Assembly: GCA_963719225.1 (NCBI GenBank)
Contig: CAVRAY010000001.1
Coordinates: 3,488,001-3,552,000, forward strand
Source of the DNA: Thermoanaerobaculia bacterium
GTDB taxonomy: Bacteria > Acidobacteriota > Thermoanaerobaculia > UBA5066
Direction: 5' to 3'
Length of the DNA: 64,000 bases
In this document: one piece after another, positions 1 through 10,707 of the stretch
Layout of the letters: each line of letters begins with the position of its first letter
Numbering within the stretch: the stretch's first letter is position 1
Notes under the pieces: model-generated
The model's input: only the letters and a program-made list of their open reading frames with translations
Database searches by the model: none
What the model was told of the DNA's origin: nothing
Position numbers and translations under genes: made by a program

Positions 1-1744
1 CTGTCACGACGGCGGTCTCCTGGCTCGCGTCGGTCGTTGAAAGGTAAATCCCGCGGTTCGTGTCGCCGGAGTTTTCGGCTCGGTCGTACGCGATGGTACG
101 GTTGTCAGGCGACAGCGTTACCTTCCAGGGGCTACGCTCGAAGGTCCGGACGGGACGTACCGAACCGTCTAGCGCGGATATCAATATGACCTCGGTTTCG
201 CTCGCGCCGCGCTGGCGCGTTCCAAGGATCTGGCGGCCGTCGAAAGACCACTCGAGGGGAAGTATCTCGGTCCCACCCTTGCCCCTGTAAAGGACGCGCG
301 AGTTGACGCCCCCCGCGTCTATCACGCGAAGCTGATTGCACCCGCAGGATGCGTCAACCCAGTTATAGGCAACCTGGCTGCTATCGGCCGAGAGGATGGA
401 TTCCGTCGCATAGTTCTCGTGGCCTCCATCTCCATCTTTCGTCAGAACGCGGCTGACGCCGGTCGCGAACTCGTAGATCGCCAGGTTCCCTGTCGCCAGC
501 TCGGAGTAGGGGAAGTACTTTCCGTCCGGGGATGGCGTGCCCGCCACCATGACGGGGGGAATCTGCACCGCGCGTTTCTCCTGAGTCACGCCGACGTAAG
601 GCGTACGGCCTCCCCGTGAACGCCCATCCCGATCAGCGTCGCCACGCCGCAAGAACGGGGAGACCGCGAGAGCGATCGCGATCAGCGAGACGGCCCCCAG
701 GGCGAGCCCGTAGCGCTTCTTTTTGAGCGCCTCCGTCTCGCCCTGCAGGCCCTCGAGTGCAGCGAGCATCTCGCGGCTGGATTCGAACCGCTCCGAAGGA
801 TTGGGATGAATGGCGCGGCTGATCGTGGCCGCAAGAGCCTTGCTCACGCCGGGAGCTAGCGTCACGAGGTCCAGCCGCTCGCCCCGCACGTGTGCCGCAC
901 CGACGTCCTTGACGGTCGCTCCTCGAACCGGGTACATGCCGGTGAGGAGATGGAAGAGCACGACGCCCGTGCTGTAGATATCGGTCCGAACCGTCGCCTG
1001 CTCACCGTTGAAAATCTCCGGCGCGAGGTACAACGGCGTCCCGGCCGCATCCACAATGCAGGACGGTGTCTCTTCCAGCTCCCGCCCCGTCCCAAAATCC
1101 ATCAGGACCAGGCGTCCGTCGGCGGCCTGCATCAGATTCTGCGTCTTGATGTCGCGGTGGAGGAGGCCGGCGTCGTGCACCGCCGAAAGCGCCCTGCAAA
1201 GCTCGATACCAATCCGCGTCACCTCGGGTTCATCGAATCTCTTTCTTTCGTTGAGAATCTGCTCGAGATTGCGGCCGTGGATGAATTCCATCCACAGACC
1301 GACTCGGCCTTCGAGCTCGTCGGCATCGTAAACGGTAACGACGTTTGGGTGGCGAACACGCGCAAGCAGGCGCGCTTCCTTGAGAACGGTGGCTCCTTCG
1401 GGTTGCACTCTGCCGGCTTGTAAGAGCTTGACCGCCACTTCGCGGTCGAGCTTTGAATCCCAGGCGCGGTAAACCTCGCCGAACGATCCCTGCCCGATGC
1501 ATTCGCGGATCTCCAGCCTTCCCCAGCGCTCCAGTCTTCCCTTCGGGACCTCGGGCCGTGCGAGCTCCGGGATGTCGTAGATCAGGTTCCGGTGAAGTTC
1601 GGCGATGCCCGCCAGGACTTTGAGTTGCCGGACAGCTTCGCGTTCCGGCCCGCCTGAAGACGACTCCGCGGAGACCCAGTCGACGGCGTGTCCTTCGAGA
1701 ACGGCTTCCGCCAGCTCGTCGAGCGGCTGGCCTTCACCTTCCAC
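1..1744 (-). CDS. Membrane Ser/Thr protein kinase with C-terminal TolB-like (PD40) beta-propeller repeats; runs off window start
   Basis: Not in the ORF track; translated by hand from GTG 1744: IGQGSFGEVYRAWD..VAVK, HRDIKTQN, MDFG, GTPLYLAPE, then a TM helix and SPDG/WSFDG/LSPD repeats in the same frame. Overlaps the ECF stop by 11 nt. Confidence 0.9.
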   Translation of the reverse strand, partial: MEGEGQPLDELAEAVLEGHAVDWVSAESSSGGPEREAVRQLKVLAGIAELHRNLIYDIPELARPEVPKGRLERWGRLEIRECIGQGSFGEVYRAWDSKLDREVAVKLLQAGRVQPEGATVLKEARLLARVRHPNVVTVYDADELEGRVGLWMEFIHGRNLEQILNERKRFDEPEVTRIGIELCRALSAVHDAGLLHRDIKTQNLMQAADGRLVLMDFGTGRELEETPSCIVDAAGTPLYLAPEIFNGEQATVRTDIYSTGVVLFHLLTGMYPVRGATVKDVGAAHVRGERLDLVTLAPGVSKALAATISRAIHPNPSERFESSREMLAALEGLQGETEALKKKRYGLALGAVSLIAIALAVSPFLRRGDADRDGRSRGGRTPYVGVTQEKRAVQIPPVMVAGTPSPDGKYFPYSELATGNLAIYEFATGVSRVLTKDGDGGHENYATESILSADSSQVAYNWVDASCGCNQLRVIDAGGVNSRVLYRGKGGTEILPLEWSFDGRQILGTRQRGASETEVILISALDGSVRPVRTFERSPWKVTLSPDNRTIAYDRAENSGDTNRGIYLSTTDASQETAVVT

Positions 1745-2348
1745 GGGCCATCTCCTCGGCGAGACGCACCAGAGCGCGCTTCGTCGCCTTGTGCGCGGCG
1801 CCTGAAGTCGGCTTTCCGAGCAGGCGGGCGAGCTCCTCGTACGTATAGCCCAGCTCGACACGGAGAATGATCGCTTCGCGCTCCTCCGGCCGCAGCCGGC
1901 CGAGAGCGTCCTCGTAGCGCTCGATTTCCGCCATGCCAACCGCTTCCTCGAGGGGCGACCGTGCCTTGCCGACCTCGGTCCCCTCGAGCTCCATGTGCGC
2001 GGGCCTCCTCGCCACGCGGCGAATCTCGTCGCGGATACGGTTCATCACGGCCTGCCGGAGGTAGGCCTGCAGCGCCCCCTCCCGCTCGGGTTCGAACACA
2101 TCCATCCTGTTAAACGTCTGAAGCAGGGTTTCCTGGACAAGATCCTGCGTGTCGGCCAGATCGCGCGCCCATCGCGGCAGCCGCCCCTTCGCCCAACGCT
2201 GCAGCCGGGGAAGGTGCCGCGCGAAGAGCCGCTCGAGCGCCTGCCTGTCCCCGCTGCGAAAGCGCGCAATGAGCTGGAAGGTGGATTCCGCCTCGCCTGC
2301 GGGGTCGAATTCAGAGCCCGCACTGCCGGGTTCGGGAGACTTCTTCAT
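1734..2348 (-). CDS. ECF-type RNA polymerase sigma factor
   Basis: Sigma2 region (ALERLF..DTQDLVQET..AVMNRIRDEIRR) and sigma4 region (LRPEEREAIILRVELGYTYEELA). Confidence 0.92.
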   Translation of the reverse strand: MKKSPEPGSAGSEFDPAGEAESTFQLIARFRSGDRQALERLFARHLPRLQRWAKGRLPRWARDLADTQDLVQETLLQTFNRMDVFEPEREGALQAYLRQAVMNRIRDEIRRVARRPAHMELEGTEVGKARSPLEEAVGMAEIERYEDALGRLRPEEREAIILRVELGYTYEELARLLGKPTSGAAHKATKRALVRLAEEMARGR

Positions 2349-2476
2349 GAATACGGGACGACTTGGCGGCGATTCTAGTCCGCGGCTCCCCCAAAGCGAT
2401 TTCCACCAGCTTTTCAGCGATTTGGTGTCCAGAAATCTCTTCGGCGTCGTTAGTAGTGGGTGCGACGGTGAAGAGA

Positions 2477-2725
2477 ATGGACAGTTCTTCGGCCCCGAGA
2501 AGCAGTGACCCCGACACTGAGCTGCGCCGGCGCTTCTCGCTTACTCCCTCGGAAGCACGTATCGCTCTCCTGCTCGCCGAGGGCCTCTCTTATGCCGAGG
2601 TGGCCGACCGCCTCGGGGTCTCCTACCACACCGTGCACACGCACGTGAAAGCGATCCACGAGAAGGTGAACGTCAAGAGCAACGGCCGGCTGCTCGCGCT
2701 CATCCGGAAGGTGGAGGAACGCTGA
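2477..2725 (+). CDS. Stand-alone LuxR-family HTH regulator (~82 aa)
   Basis: LTPSEARIALLLAEGLSYAEVADRLGVSYHTVHTHVKAIHEK; ATG 2477 in the frame of ORF 2363..2725. Confidence 0.85.
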   Translation: MDSSSAPRSSDPDTELRRRFSLTPSEARIALLLAEGLSYAEVADRLGVSYHTVHTHVKAIHEKVNVKSNGRLLALIRKVEER

Positions 2726-2883
2726 GGTGTCCCGAAGGCAGGCAGAAAAATCTACCCAGTTCTGGCGATGGCCTGGGCGACCGGCCGGGAATAGGGTAAG
2801 CGTCAGTCAATCGCAGAAACAACTCTGAATCCAGCCTTGGGGCTCTCGGAGCAGTGCCACCCCTCGGAAACCGGGAGGCAAAC

Positions 2884-5800
2884 ATGCACTCTGCAGGTGG
2901 ATCTTCTGACCACGAGCGGCTGAACGACAAGCGGGAATCGAACCCTCAAGAGTGCCTAACTGAGGCGCTGCCGAAGAAGATGCTCAGGGTCTTTCCAGCC
3001 GCAGCGGCTTCGGCTTGCGTGGGGCTGCTCTTGTTAGCGGTCTTTCTCCTGAATCGCTCCGCCACGGACCAGGATCGAGACAACCCCGCGGCTCCTGCCT
3101 CGGGCAAGAGAGTCGCCGTGACGCGCGCTCTCGAGCGCATGCCGCTCTACTTCATCGAGAATCGCGGCCAGCTCGATTCTCGCGTGGCCTATTACGTTCA
3201 GGGACGGGACACGACTCTCTACTTCACTGCCGAAGGAATGACGCTCGTCCAGACCGAGCGAAATCGCGGAGAACAAGGTTCGAAAAGGAAGCTGGAGAAG
3301 GCGTCGTTCAGTCGAGGCACCCCAGCACCGGAGGCGGGGAAACGTTCGGTCGTCAAGCTCGATTTCGTCGGAGCAAACCCGAATCCGGAGATCACGGCGA
3401 GCGACAAACGGCCTGCAGTCGTCAGCTACTTCAAGGGACGGCAGGAGAATTGGAAGGCAGGTCTCTCGACCTACCGCTCGATTGTCTACTCCGAACTCTG
3501 GCCAGGCATTGATCTGGTCTATTCCGGGGCGGCCAACCGGCTCAAGTACAGGTTTCTCTTGAAGCCAGGGGCCGACCCAACCCAAGTGAGGCTTGCGTAT
3601 CGCGGAGTCCATAAGATCCGCTTGAACGACGTGGGGCAGCTCGAAGTCGAGACACCTGCGGGAGGATTCCGGGACGACAAGCCGTGCGCCTGGCAGGAAG
3701 TCGACGGGCGTCGCGTGGAGACCGACGTAGCGTACTCGCTCGATCGGGCCTCAGCCAACGGACCGCACGGGTACGGATTCGCACTGGGCCCCTATGACCG
3801 TAGCAAGCCCCTCGTCCTCGACCCGGCTGTGCTCGTCTATGCCGGCTACATCGGTGGCAGCAGCAACGAGAACGGCAACGCCCAGGCCGGCATCGCCGTG
3901 GACAGCTCCGGCAACGCCTATGTCACGGGCTCCACGGATTCCACCGACTTCCCCGTCACCGTCGGGCCCGATCTGACTTTCAACGGAACGCGGGACGCCT
4001 TCGTGGCGAAGGTCAATGCGGCCGGCACCGCGCTCGTCTATGCGGGCTACATCGGGGGCAGCGGGGACGACACTGGCAACGGCGTCGCGGTGGACAGCGC
4101 CGGCAACGCCTACGTCACGGGCCAGACCGGCTCCACAGAAGCCACGTTTCCCGTCACCGTCGGGCCCGGCCTGACATACAACGGCGACAACTCCGACGCT
4201 TTCGTCGCGAAGGTCAATGCCGGCGGTACCGCGCTCGTCTACTGCGGATACATCGGCAGCATCAGAAGCGATTTCGGCAACGGCATCGCGGTGGACAGTT
4301 TCGGTAACGCCTACGTCACGGGGGCAATCTTTTCGGCGACGTCCGAGTGGGACACCTTCGTGGCGAAGGTCAAGGCCGATGGCACCGCCCTCGACTACTT
4401 CAGAGGTATCGGCGGCAGCGGTAGCGAGGTTGGCTACGGCATCGCGGTGGACAGCTCCGGCAACGCCTATGTCACGGGATACACAAATTCCACGAACTTC
4501 CCGGTGACCGTCGGGCCGGGCATGACTTACCAGAACAATGTCGACGCCTTCGTGGCGAAGCTCAACGCTACCGGCACAGGGCTCGTCTACTCAGGCTACA
4601 TCGGCGGCAGCGGCCAGGATGTCGGCACCGCCATCGCCGTGGACAGTTCCTGCAACGCCTACGTCACTGGACACACCCTCTCGGACGAGAGCACGTTCCC
4701 TGTGACCGTGGGACCGGACCTCACGTACAACGGCGGCTTCGATGCGTTCGTGACGAAGGTCAACATCGACGGTAGCGCGCTCGTGTACTGCGGCTACATT
4801 GGTGGCGGTCGCACCGACGCGGCCTACGGCATTGCGGTGGACACTGCCGGCAACGCTTATGTCACGGGAGAAACGGGCTCCGATGAGACTACATTCCCCG
4901 TGATCGGAGGACCCGACCTTGCATTTCACGGGCCCGGCGACGACGCCTTCGTGGCAAAGGTGAATGCCGCCGGCACCGCGCTCGTGTACTGCGGCTACAT
5001 CGGCGGCAGCGGCGTCGATGCTGCCTTCGGCATCGCGGTGGACGGTGCCGGTAATGCCTATGTCACTGGAGAAACCGACTCCACTGAGGCCACATTTCCC
5101 GTGACCGTCGGGCCGAGCCTGAGCTTCCGCGGTGGCAACGACGCCTTCGTCGCGAAGATCGCAGAGGTCACTCCACCTACCCCTACGCCGACGGATACGC
5201 CGACGAGCACGCCATCCGTGCTGCCGACGGACACTCCGATGCTTACGCCCACTCAGACACCGACCAATACGCCGACGCCTCTTCCGTGCGGTCCGATTCC
5301 CAACGAGTATCCGGTCCCCGCGGGTGGTAGCAATCCTATCGGCATCGCCGCGGGGCCGGATGGCAACCTCTGGTTTACGGAACACAGCGGCAACAAGATC
5401 GGACGGATCACTACCGGAGGCGTCATCACGGAATTCACCATTCCCACGGCGAACAGCGGTCCTCGCGGCATCACCGCGGGGCCGGATGGCGCCCTCTGGT
5501 TCACCGAACTCGGCGGCAACAAGATCGGCCAGATCACCACCGGCGGCGTTATCACGGATTTCACAGTTCCCACAGCTGTCAGCTTTTCGTTCGGCATCGC
5601 CGCGGGACCGGACGGTGCTCTCTGGTTCACCGAGATGAACAGCAACCAGATCGGCCGGATCACTACCGCGGGTGTCATCACGGAATTCGCAATCCCCACG
5701 GCTGGCAGCAATCCTGTCGGCATCACCGCGGGCCCGGATGGAGCCCTCTGGTTCACCGAGTACAACGGCGGCAAGATCGGCCAGATCACCACCGGCGGCG

Positions 5801-6525
5801 TCATTACCGAATTTCCCGCCGGCAGTAATCCTTTCGCTATCACCGCGGGGTCAGATGGCACACTCTGGTTCACGCAGAACAACAAGATCGGCCAGATCAC
5901 TACCGGGGGCGTCATCGCGGAATTCGCGGTTGCCAGCGCTGGCGGAGGCATCGCCGGCATCACCACAGGGCCAGATGGCACGCTCTGGTTCACGGAAACG
6001 AACGCCAACAAGATCGGTCGGATCACCACCGCCGGCGTCATCACGGAATTTACGGTCCCCACGGGTGGCAGCAATCCTTTCGCCATTGCTGCGGGGCCAG
6101 ATGGCGCCCTCTGGTTCACTGAGTACATCGGCAACAAGATTGGCCGCATCTGCACGTCGGCAACGCCAAACCCGACGAGCAGTCCGACGCCGACCCACAC
6201 GCCGACTGGAACTCCGACCAACACGCCAACGTCCACACCGACGAGTACCCCGACCGCGACCGCGACTCCGACGGCCACCGCGACGAGCACGCCGACGAGT
6301 ACGCCAAGTAACACCCCCACCAACACGCCGACGCCGACCAGCAGTCCAACCATCACACCAACGAACACACCGACGAACACCGCGACACCGACCTTTACGC
6401 CGACCCGCACACCAACGATTACGCCAACGCCGGGCAACACTCCAGTGCCGACCAATACACCGAGGCCGACGCACACCCCGAAGCCGACGCACACCCCGAG
6501 GCCGACGAAGACGCCAAAACCGTGA
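2884..6525 (+). CDS. Large secreted/surface protein: N-terminal SBBP-associated domain, 7 SBBP repeats, 7 Vgb-like repeats, Pro/Thr-rich linker and tail
   Basis: FIENRGQ domain; 7x GIAVDxxGNAYVTG; 7x GPDGxLWFTE; (TP)n tracts; GGAGG precedes ATG 2884. Confidence 0.88.
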   Translation: MHSAGGSSDHERLNDKRESNPQECLTEALPKKMLRVFPAAAASACVGLLLLAVFLLNRSATDQDRDNPAAPASGKRVAVTRALERMPLYFIENRGQLDSRVAYYVQGRDTTLYFTAEGMTLVQTERNRGEQGSKRKLEKASFSRGTPAPEAGKRSVVKLDFVGANPNPEITASDKRPAVVSYFKGRQENWKAGLSTYRSIVYSELWPGIDLVYSGAANRLKYRFLLKPGADPTQVRLAYRGVHKIRLNDVGQLEVETPAGGFRDDKPCAWQEVDGRRVETDVAYSLDRASANGPHGYGFALGPYDRSKPLVLDPAVLVYAGYIGGSSNENGNAQAGIAVDSSGNAYVTGSTDSTDFPVTVGPDLTFNGTRDAFVAKVNAAGTALVYAGYIGGSGDDTGNGVAVDSAGNAYVTGQTGSTEATFPVTVGPGLTYNGDNSDAFVAKVNAGGTALVYCGYIGSIRSDFGNGIAVDSFGNAYVTGAIFSATSEWDTFVAKVKADGTALDYFRGIGGSGSEVGYGIAVDSSGNAYVTGYTNSTNFPVTVGPGMTYQNNVDAFVAKLNATGTGLVYSGYIGGSGQDVGTAIAVDSSCNAYVTGHTLSDESTFPVTVGPDLTYNGGFDAFVTKVNIDGSALVYCGYIGGGRTDAAYGIAVDTAGNAYVTGETGSDETTFPVIGGPDLAFHGPGDDAFVAKVNAAGTALVYCGYIGGSGVDAAFGIAVDGAGNAYVTGETDSTEATFPVTVGPSLSFRGGNDAFVAKIAEVTPPTPTPTDTPTSTPSVLPTDTPMLTPTQTPTNTPTPLPCGPIPNEYPVPAGGSNPIGIAAGPDGNLWFTEHSGNKIGRITTGGVITEFTIPTANSGPRGITAGPDGALWFTELGGNKIGQITTGGVITDFTVPTAVSFSFGIAAGPDGALWFTEMNSNQIGRITTAGVITEFAIPTAGSNPVGITAGPDGALWFTEYNGGKIGQITTGGVITEFPAGSNPFAITAGSDGTLWFTQNNKIGQITTGGVIAEFAVASAGGGIAGITTGPDGTLWFTETNANKIGRITTAGVITEFTVPTGGSNPFAIAAGPDGALWFTEYIGNKIGRICTSATPNPTSSPTPTHTPTGTPTNTPTSTPTSTPTATATPTATATSTPTSTPSNTPTNTPTPTSSPTITPTNTPTNTATPTFTPTRTPTITPTPGNTPVPTNTPRPTHTPKPTHTPRPTKTPKP
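6157..6522 (+). repeat. Low-complexity Pro/Thr coding repeat (C-terminal tail)
   Basis: ACGCCG/ACCAAC-type repeats encoding TPTNTPT.., ending PTHTP(K/R) x3. Confidence 0.85.
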
Positions 6526-6556
6526 CGAAACAAATCTCAGAGAGGGGGGACTCCTC

Positions 6557-7285
6557 ATGTCAGCCATAGGTCGCGCATCCGTCATTCTCTCGGCCTGCCT
6601 CATCCTGGTTCAATCCCAGAGCAGCCTGGGCAAGGGAGGCGGGCATCCTTCGAACATCCCGCTCACGACGTATTTCAGCGACCTCGATTCGAGCGGCCTT
6701 CCCGCGGACATCGCAAGCGATGGACTCGGGGCCTACAGTGACGGCGTGGCGGGCGTCACATCGTTTCTGACGACCAATGGCTACAACGGCATCGTGTGGG
6801 GCGACTGGCAGTTCGACACCTATAGCTCCACGACCCGGGCCGTGAACCACAGCCTCGACGCGGCTGATGCAGTCCAGCCGGGAGATCCGCATTACACCGT
6901 GACGGCGAACCCGCCCTTCTGGGGAACTCAGAACCTCAAATCTCATATTGAGGTCAAGTGCACGCTCATCAACAACGACATGCTGACGATGGCCGCAGGA
7001 TCCTCGTTCACATGCCCATTGATGAATCGATTCAACACCGCGGGCAACGTTGATTACGGCCTCAGCCCGGCATATTCATTTACCGGTTACGCGGAAACGA
7101 CCGATGCCCGCATCGTCTGCAACACGGCAGACGCGGGCGGCTGCAACGACTGGTTCATCGATCCGATCGGCCCCGGACCGGCAGTGGGACGGCTCACGAC
7201 AGCATCGACTTCGAAGAAGCCGGGGCCCCCCATCAATGATGGAAATTTCTACATGAGGTTTCACATTCACTTGACGCGCCCTTGA
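6557..7285 (+). CDS. Secreted hypothetical protein (242 aa)
   Basis: ATG 6557 after GAGGGGGA; signal-peptide-like N-terminus; 4 Cys in the mature part. It is the C-terminal part of track ORF 5672..7285. Confidence 0.75.
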   Translation: MSAIGRASVILSACLILVQSQSSLGKGGGHPSNIPLTTYFSDLDSSGLPADIASDGLGAYSDGVAGVTSFLTTNGYNGIVWGDWQFDTYSSTTRAVNHSLDAADAVQPGDPHYTVTANPPFWGTQNLKSHIEVKCTLINNDMLTMAAGSSFTCPLMNRFNTAGNVDYGLSPAYSFTGYAETTDARIVCNTADAGGCNDWFIDPIGPGPAVGRLTTASTSKKPGPPINDGNFYMRFHIHLTRP

Positions 7286-7313
7286 GACAAGACGGCTCGC
7301 TATCCACCACGCG

Positions 7314-10300
7314 GTGCGCTTGCGCTGGTGGGAGAACAGATATCAGGAAACTAGCCCTGGTCGGGGTGAAGGTGTGACTATAAACACGGGCTTCCGCTTC
7401 CGTCAGCGGTCCTTCATAGCTGTCGCGAGGCGTCGCTGGGTTCTGTCTTTCGGTCTGGCGCCGGTCCTGCTACTAGCGACCCTTGCCCTGAACTGCTCTA
7501 CCGATCTGGCCCGGGTAAGGCCCTACAGCGATTTGTCCTTGAAGCCCGCCTCCCTTCACGAGGGGCACCAGCCCGCAGCTTCCGCCTCGGAGAAGAAAAT
7601 CGCCGTGACGCGAGTTCTCGAGCGGATGCCGATCTACTTCATCGAGAATCGCGGCCAGCTCGATTCACGGGTGGCCTACTACGTCCAGCGTGGGGACACG
7701 GCTCTGTACTTCACTGCCGACGGGATGACCCTCGTGCAAACCGACCAGAGGCATGGAGAAAACGGCCCGGAGGGCGGGCTGGAGAAGACATCGCTCGTTC
7801 GGAACGGCATGCCGACACCGGAGGCAGGGAGCCGATGGGCTGTCAAGCTCGATTTCGTTGGAGCAAACCCGAGCCCCAGTATCCAAGCAAAGGATCCAAC
7901 ACCCGCCATCGTCAGCTACTTCAAGGGCCCGAAGGAGAACTGGAAGGCGGCCCTCTCAACGTATGGCTCGATCATCTACTCCGATCTCTGGCCGGGAATT
8001 GATCTGGTCTATTCCGGAACGGCCAACCGCCTCAAGTACACCTTCCTTGTGAAGCCTGGGGCAGATTCGGCGCAGGTTAGGCTGGCGTATCGAGGCGTCC
8101 ATGGGATCCGGTTGAACGAAGCCGGGCAGCTAGAAATCGAGACACCTGCGGGACGTCTCCAGGACGACAAGCCGTATGCGTTTCAGGAGATCGATGGGCG
8201 CCGCGTCCAAATTGACGCGGCATATTCGCTCGATCCGTTGGGAGCCGCAGCGTCATACCGATATGGATTCGCAATCGGGTCCTATGACCGCGCTAAGCCT
8301 CTGGTGCTCGACCCGACAGTGCTCGTTTATTGCGGGTACATTGGTGGTAGCGGTTTCGATCAAGGCCGCAGTATCGCGGTGGACACTTCGGGCAACGCCT
8401 ATGTCACGGGACGAACCGGCTCCTCCGAGCCCACGTTCCCCGTGACCGTCGGGCCGGACCTGACCTACAACGGCGGCGGCGTAAACGGCAACACTGATGC
8501 CTTCGTGGCGAAGGTCAACGCCGCCGGCACCGCCCTCGTCTACTGTGGCTACATCGGCGGCGGCGACTATGATGAAGGCTACGGCATCGCGGTGGATAGC
8601 TCGGGCAACGCCTATGTCACGGGAGTAACCTCCTCGACCGAGGCCACGTTTCCCGTGACCGTCGGGCCGGGCCTGACCTTCGGCGGCGGCACCTATGACG
8701 CTTTCGTGGCGAAGGTCAACGCCGCCGGCACCGCCCTCGTCTACTGCGGCTACATCGGCGGCAGCGGAGGCGAGCAAGGTAACGGCATCGCGGTGGACAG
8801 CTCGGGCAACGCCTATGTCACGGGGCAAACCAGCTCCGCCGAGGACACGTTCCCAGTGACTGTGGGGCCCGACCTTACCTTCAACGGGCCCTTCGGCGGC
8901 GGTTCGGACGCCTTCGTAGCGAAAGTCAACGCCGCCGGCACCGCGCTCGTCTACTGCGGCTACATCGGCGGCGGCTATGCGGATGCTGGCTACGGTATCG
9001 CGGTGGACAGTTCGGACAACGCTTATCTCACGGGATTGACCCAATCGCCCGAGACCTTTCCCGGCCTATTCCCCGTAACCGTGGGGCCGGCCCTGACCTA
9101 CAGCGGCGGCGAGGATGCCTTCGTAGCGAAGGTCAACGCCGCCGGCACCGCCCTCGTCTACTGCGGCTATATCGGCGGCACGGGCTTGGATCAAGGCACG
9201 GGAATCGCGGTGGGCTCTTCAGGCAACGCCTATGTCATTGGGACCACTTCCTCCACCGAGACAACATTCCCCGTGACCGTCGGACCCAACCCGACGTACA
9301 ACGGCGGCCCCCATGACACTTTCCTAGCAAAGGTCAACGCAGCCGGCACCGCGCTCGATTACTGCGGTTACATCGGCGGCAGCGGCAACGATTTTGGCCG
9401 GGGTATCGCGGTTGACAGTTTGGGTAACGCCTATGCCACGGGGGAAACCACCTCCACCGAGGCCACGTTCCCAGTAATGGTCGGGCCGGACCTAACCTTC
9501 AATGGCCCTCTCGGCGGATCCAACGCCTTCGTCGCAAAGGTCAACGCCGCCGGCACTACGTTGGTGTACTGCGGCTATATCGGCGGCAGCAAAGGTGGCG
9601 AGAGTGGCCAGGGCATCGCGGTGGACAGTTCGGGCAATGCATATGTCACGGGATCCGCCGATTCCGATGAGACAACGTTCCCGGTGACCGCCGGACCAGA
9701 CCTGACCTTTGACGGCGGCAGCGACGCCTTCGTTGCGAAAATCGGGACCAGCTGTTTGCCTCGGGCCGGTCCTTTGGCATCGAACAACGGCCCGATCTGC
9801 GCAGGTCACACGCTGCAGCTTGCGGCGTCGCCAATTTCGGGGGCGACATATAACTGGACGGGGCCAAACAGCTTCACTTCGAACCTTCAGAACCCGACGA
9901 TTCTGGCCGCCACGTCGGCCGCGGCCGGAACTTACAGCGTCACGGCGACAGTCGGCGGCTGCACGTCGCCGGCCGGGACGACTGCGGCCGTCGTCAACCC
10001 GACCCCGGCTACTCCGGTCATCACGGCGCCAGCGAACACGGCCGGGGGGACGAGAGGTTTGTCAGCGTCGGTGGTTCCACACGCGGGGGGCAGCTGGTTC
10101 TGGACGGTCCAGAACGGCACCGTCACGGCGGGGCAGGGGACGAGCCAGATTACCTTCACCGCGGGGAGCATCCCCGAACCACTGACTCTCTCGGTCATGG
10201 ACACGAATGCCTCAGGATGTGTGAGCGCACCGGGAATCGCCTCCGTTGCGATTGATCCGTTCGGACCGCCGTACCTCTTCTACACGGTAACGCCGTGTCG

Positions 10301-10646
10301 AGTCCTTGACACCAGAAATCCGGCCGGTCCACTGGGCGGCCCGGCATTGCAGGCCGGCGCGATGCGGACGTTCGACGTGGCAACGTCCCGATGTGGTATC
10401 CCGTCCGGGGCGGTCGCAATCTCGGCGAACCTGACCGTCACGAATGTAGGTTCTCTCGGTGAACTCTTGGCCTTCGCGTCGGACGCGGCGCCGACAAACG
10501 CGAGCAGCCTCAGCTTCCGGCCGGGGCGCACCCGCGCTAACAACGCTATGGTTTCTCTCTCGAAATCGAGTGCGACGTTCTCCATCTTCAACAACTCCGC
10601 GTCCACTGTAGATTTCATCCTCGATGTGAACGGGTACTTCCAGTAG
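7314..10646 (+). CDS. SBBP beta-propeller surface protein with Ig-like modules and conserved C-terminal PCRxxDTR...DVNGYF domain (start uncertain, alternative GTG 7374)
   Basis: Same FIENRGQ domain and 7 SBBP repeats as 2884..6525; WTGPNSFTSNLQNP Ig-like module; C-terminal domain shared with two other genes. Confidence 0.88.
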   Translation: MRLRWWENRYQETSPGRGEGVTINTGFRFRQRSFIAVARRRWVLSFGLAPVLLLATLALNCSTDLARVRPYSDLSLKPASLHEGHQPAASASEKKIAVTRVLERMPIYFIENRGQLDSRVAYYVQRGDTALYFTADGMTLVQTDQRHGENGPEGGLEKTSLVRNGMPTPEAGSRWAVKLDFVGANPSPSIQAKDPTPAIVSYFKGPKENWKAALSTYGSIIYSDLWPGIDLVYSGTANRLKYTFLVKPGADSAQVRLAYRGVHGIRLNEAGQLEIETPAGRLQDDKPYAFQEIDGRRVQIDAAYSLDPLGAAASYRYGFAIGSYDRAKPLVLDPTVLVYCGYIGGSGFDQGRSIAVDTSGNAYVTGRTGSSEPTFPVTVGPDLTYNGGGVNGNTDAFVAKVNAAGTALVYCGYIGGGDYDEGYGIAVDSSGNAYVTGVTSSTEATFPVTVGPGLTFGGGTYDAFVAKVNAAGTALVYCGYIGGSGGEQGNGIAVDSSGNAYVTGQTSSAEDTFPVTVGPDLTFNGPFGGGSDAFVAKVNAAGTALVYCGYIGGGYADAGYGIAVDSSDNAYLTGLTQSPETFPGLFPVTVGPALTYSGGEDAFVAKVNAAGTALVYCGYIGGTGLDQGTGIAVGSSGNAYVIGTTSSTETTFPVTVGPNPTYNGGPHDTFLAKVNAAGTALDYCGYIGGSGNDFGRGIAVDSLGNAYATGETTSTEATFPVMVGPDLTFNGPLGGSNAFVAKVNAAGTTLVYCGYIGGSKGGESGQGIAVDSSGNAYVTGSADSDETTFPVTAGPDLTFDGGSDAFVAKIGTSCLPRAGPLASNNGPICAGHTLQLAASPISGATYNWTGPNSFTSNLQNPTILAATSAAAGTYSVTATVGGCTSPAGTTAAVVNPTPATPVITAPANTAGGTRGLSASVVPHAGGSWFWTVQNGTVTAGQGTSQITFTAGSIPEPLTLSVMDTNASGCVSAPGIASVAIDPFGPPYLFYTVTPCRVLDTRNPAGPLGGPALQAGAMRTFDVATSRCGIPSGAVAISANLTVTNVGSLGELLAFASDAAPTNASSLSFRPGRTRANNAMVSLSKSSATFSIFNNSASTVDFILDVNGYFQ

Positions 10647-10707
10647 GAGGCCATTCAGCATACCTGCGCGCACTCTGTGCCCTGAGGCATCCGCTATCCT
10701 CCTGCCC

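Noticed and set aside
2748-2772. LuxR/NarL-type operator (ATCTACCCAGTTCTGGCGAT) upstream of the SBBP gene
   Set aside because: Imperfect palindrome in a single copy; not supportable without comparative data.
5300-6150. Vgb streptogramin-resistance lyase
   Set aside because: The Vgb-like propeller is a module inside a large exported protein; the fold alone does not support resistance.
3850-9740. Regularly spaced DNA repeats as a CRISPR array or DGR
   Set aside because: Repeats are in-frame propeller blades with synonymous variation; no cas or reverse transcriptase gene.
10647-10707. Cobalamin riboswitch upstream of the BtuB-like receptor
   Set aside because: Only 61 nt of intergenic space, no B12-box, and a leaderless-type -10 directly before the ATG.
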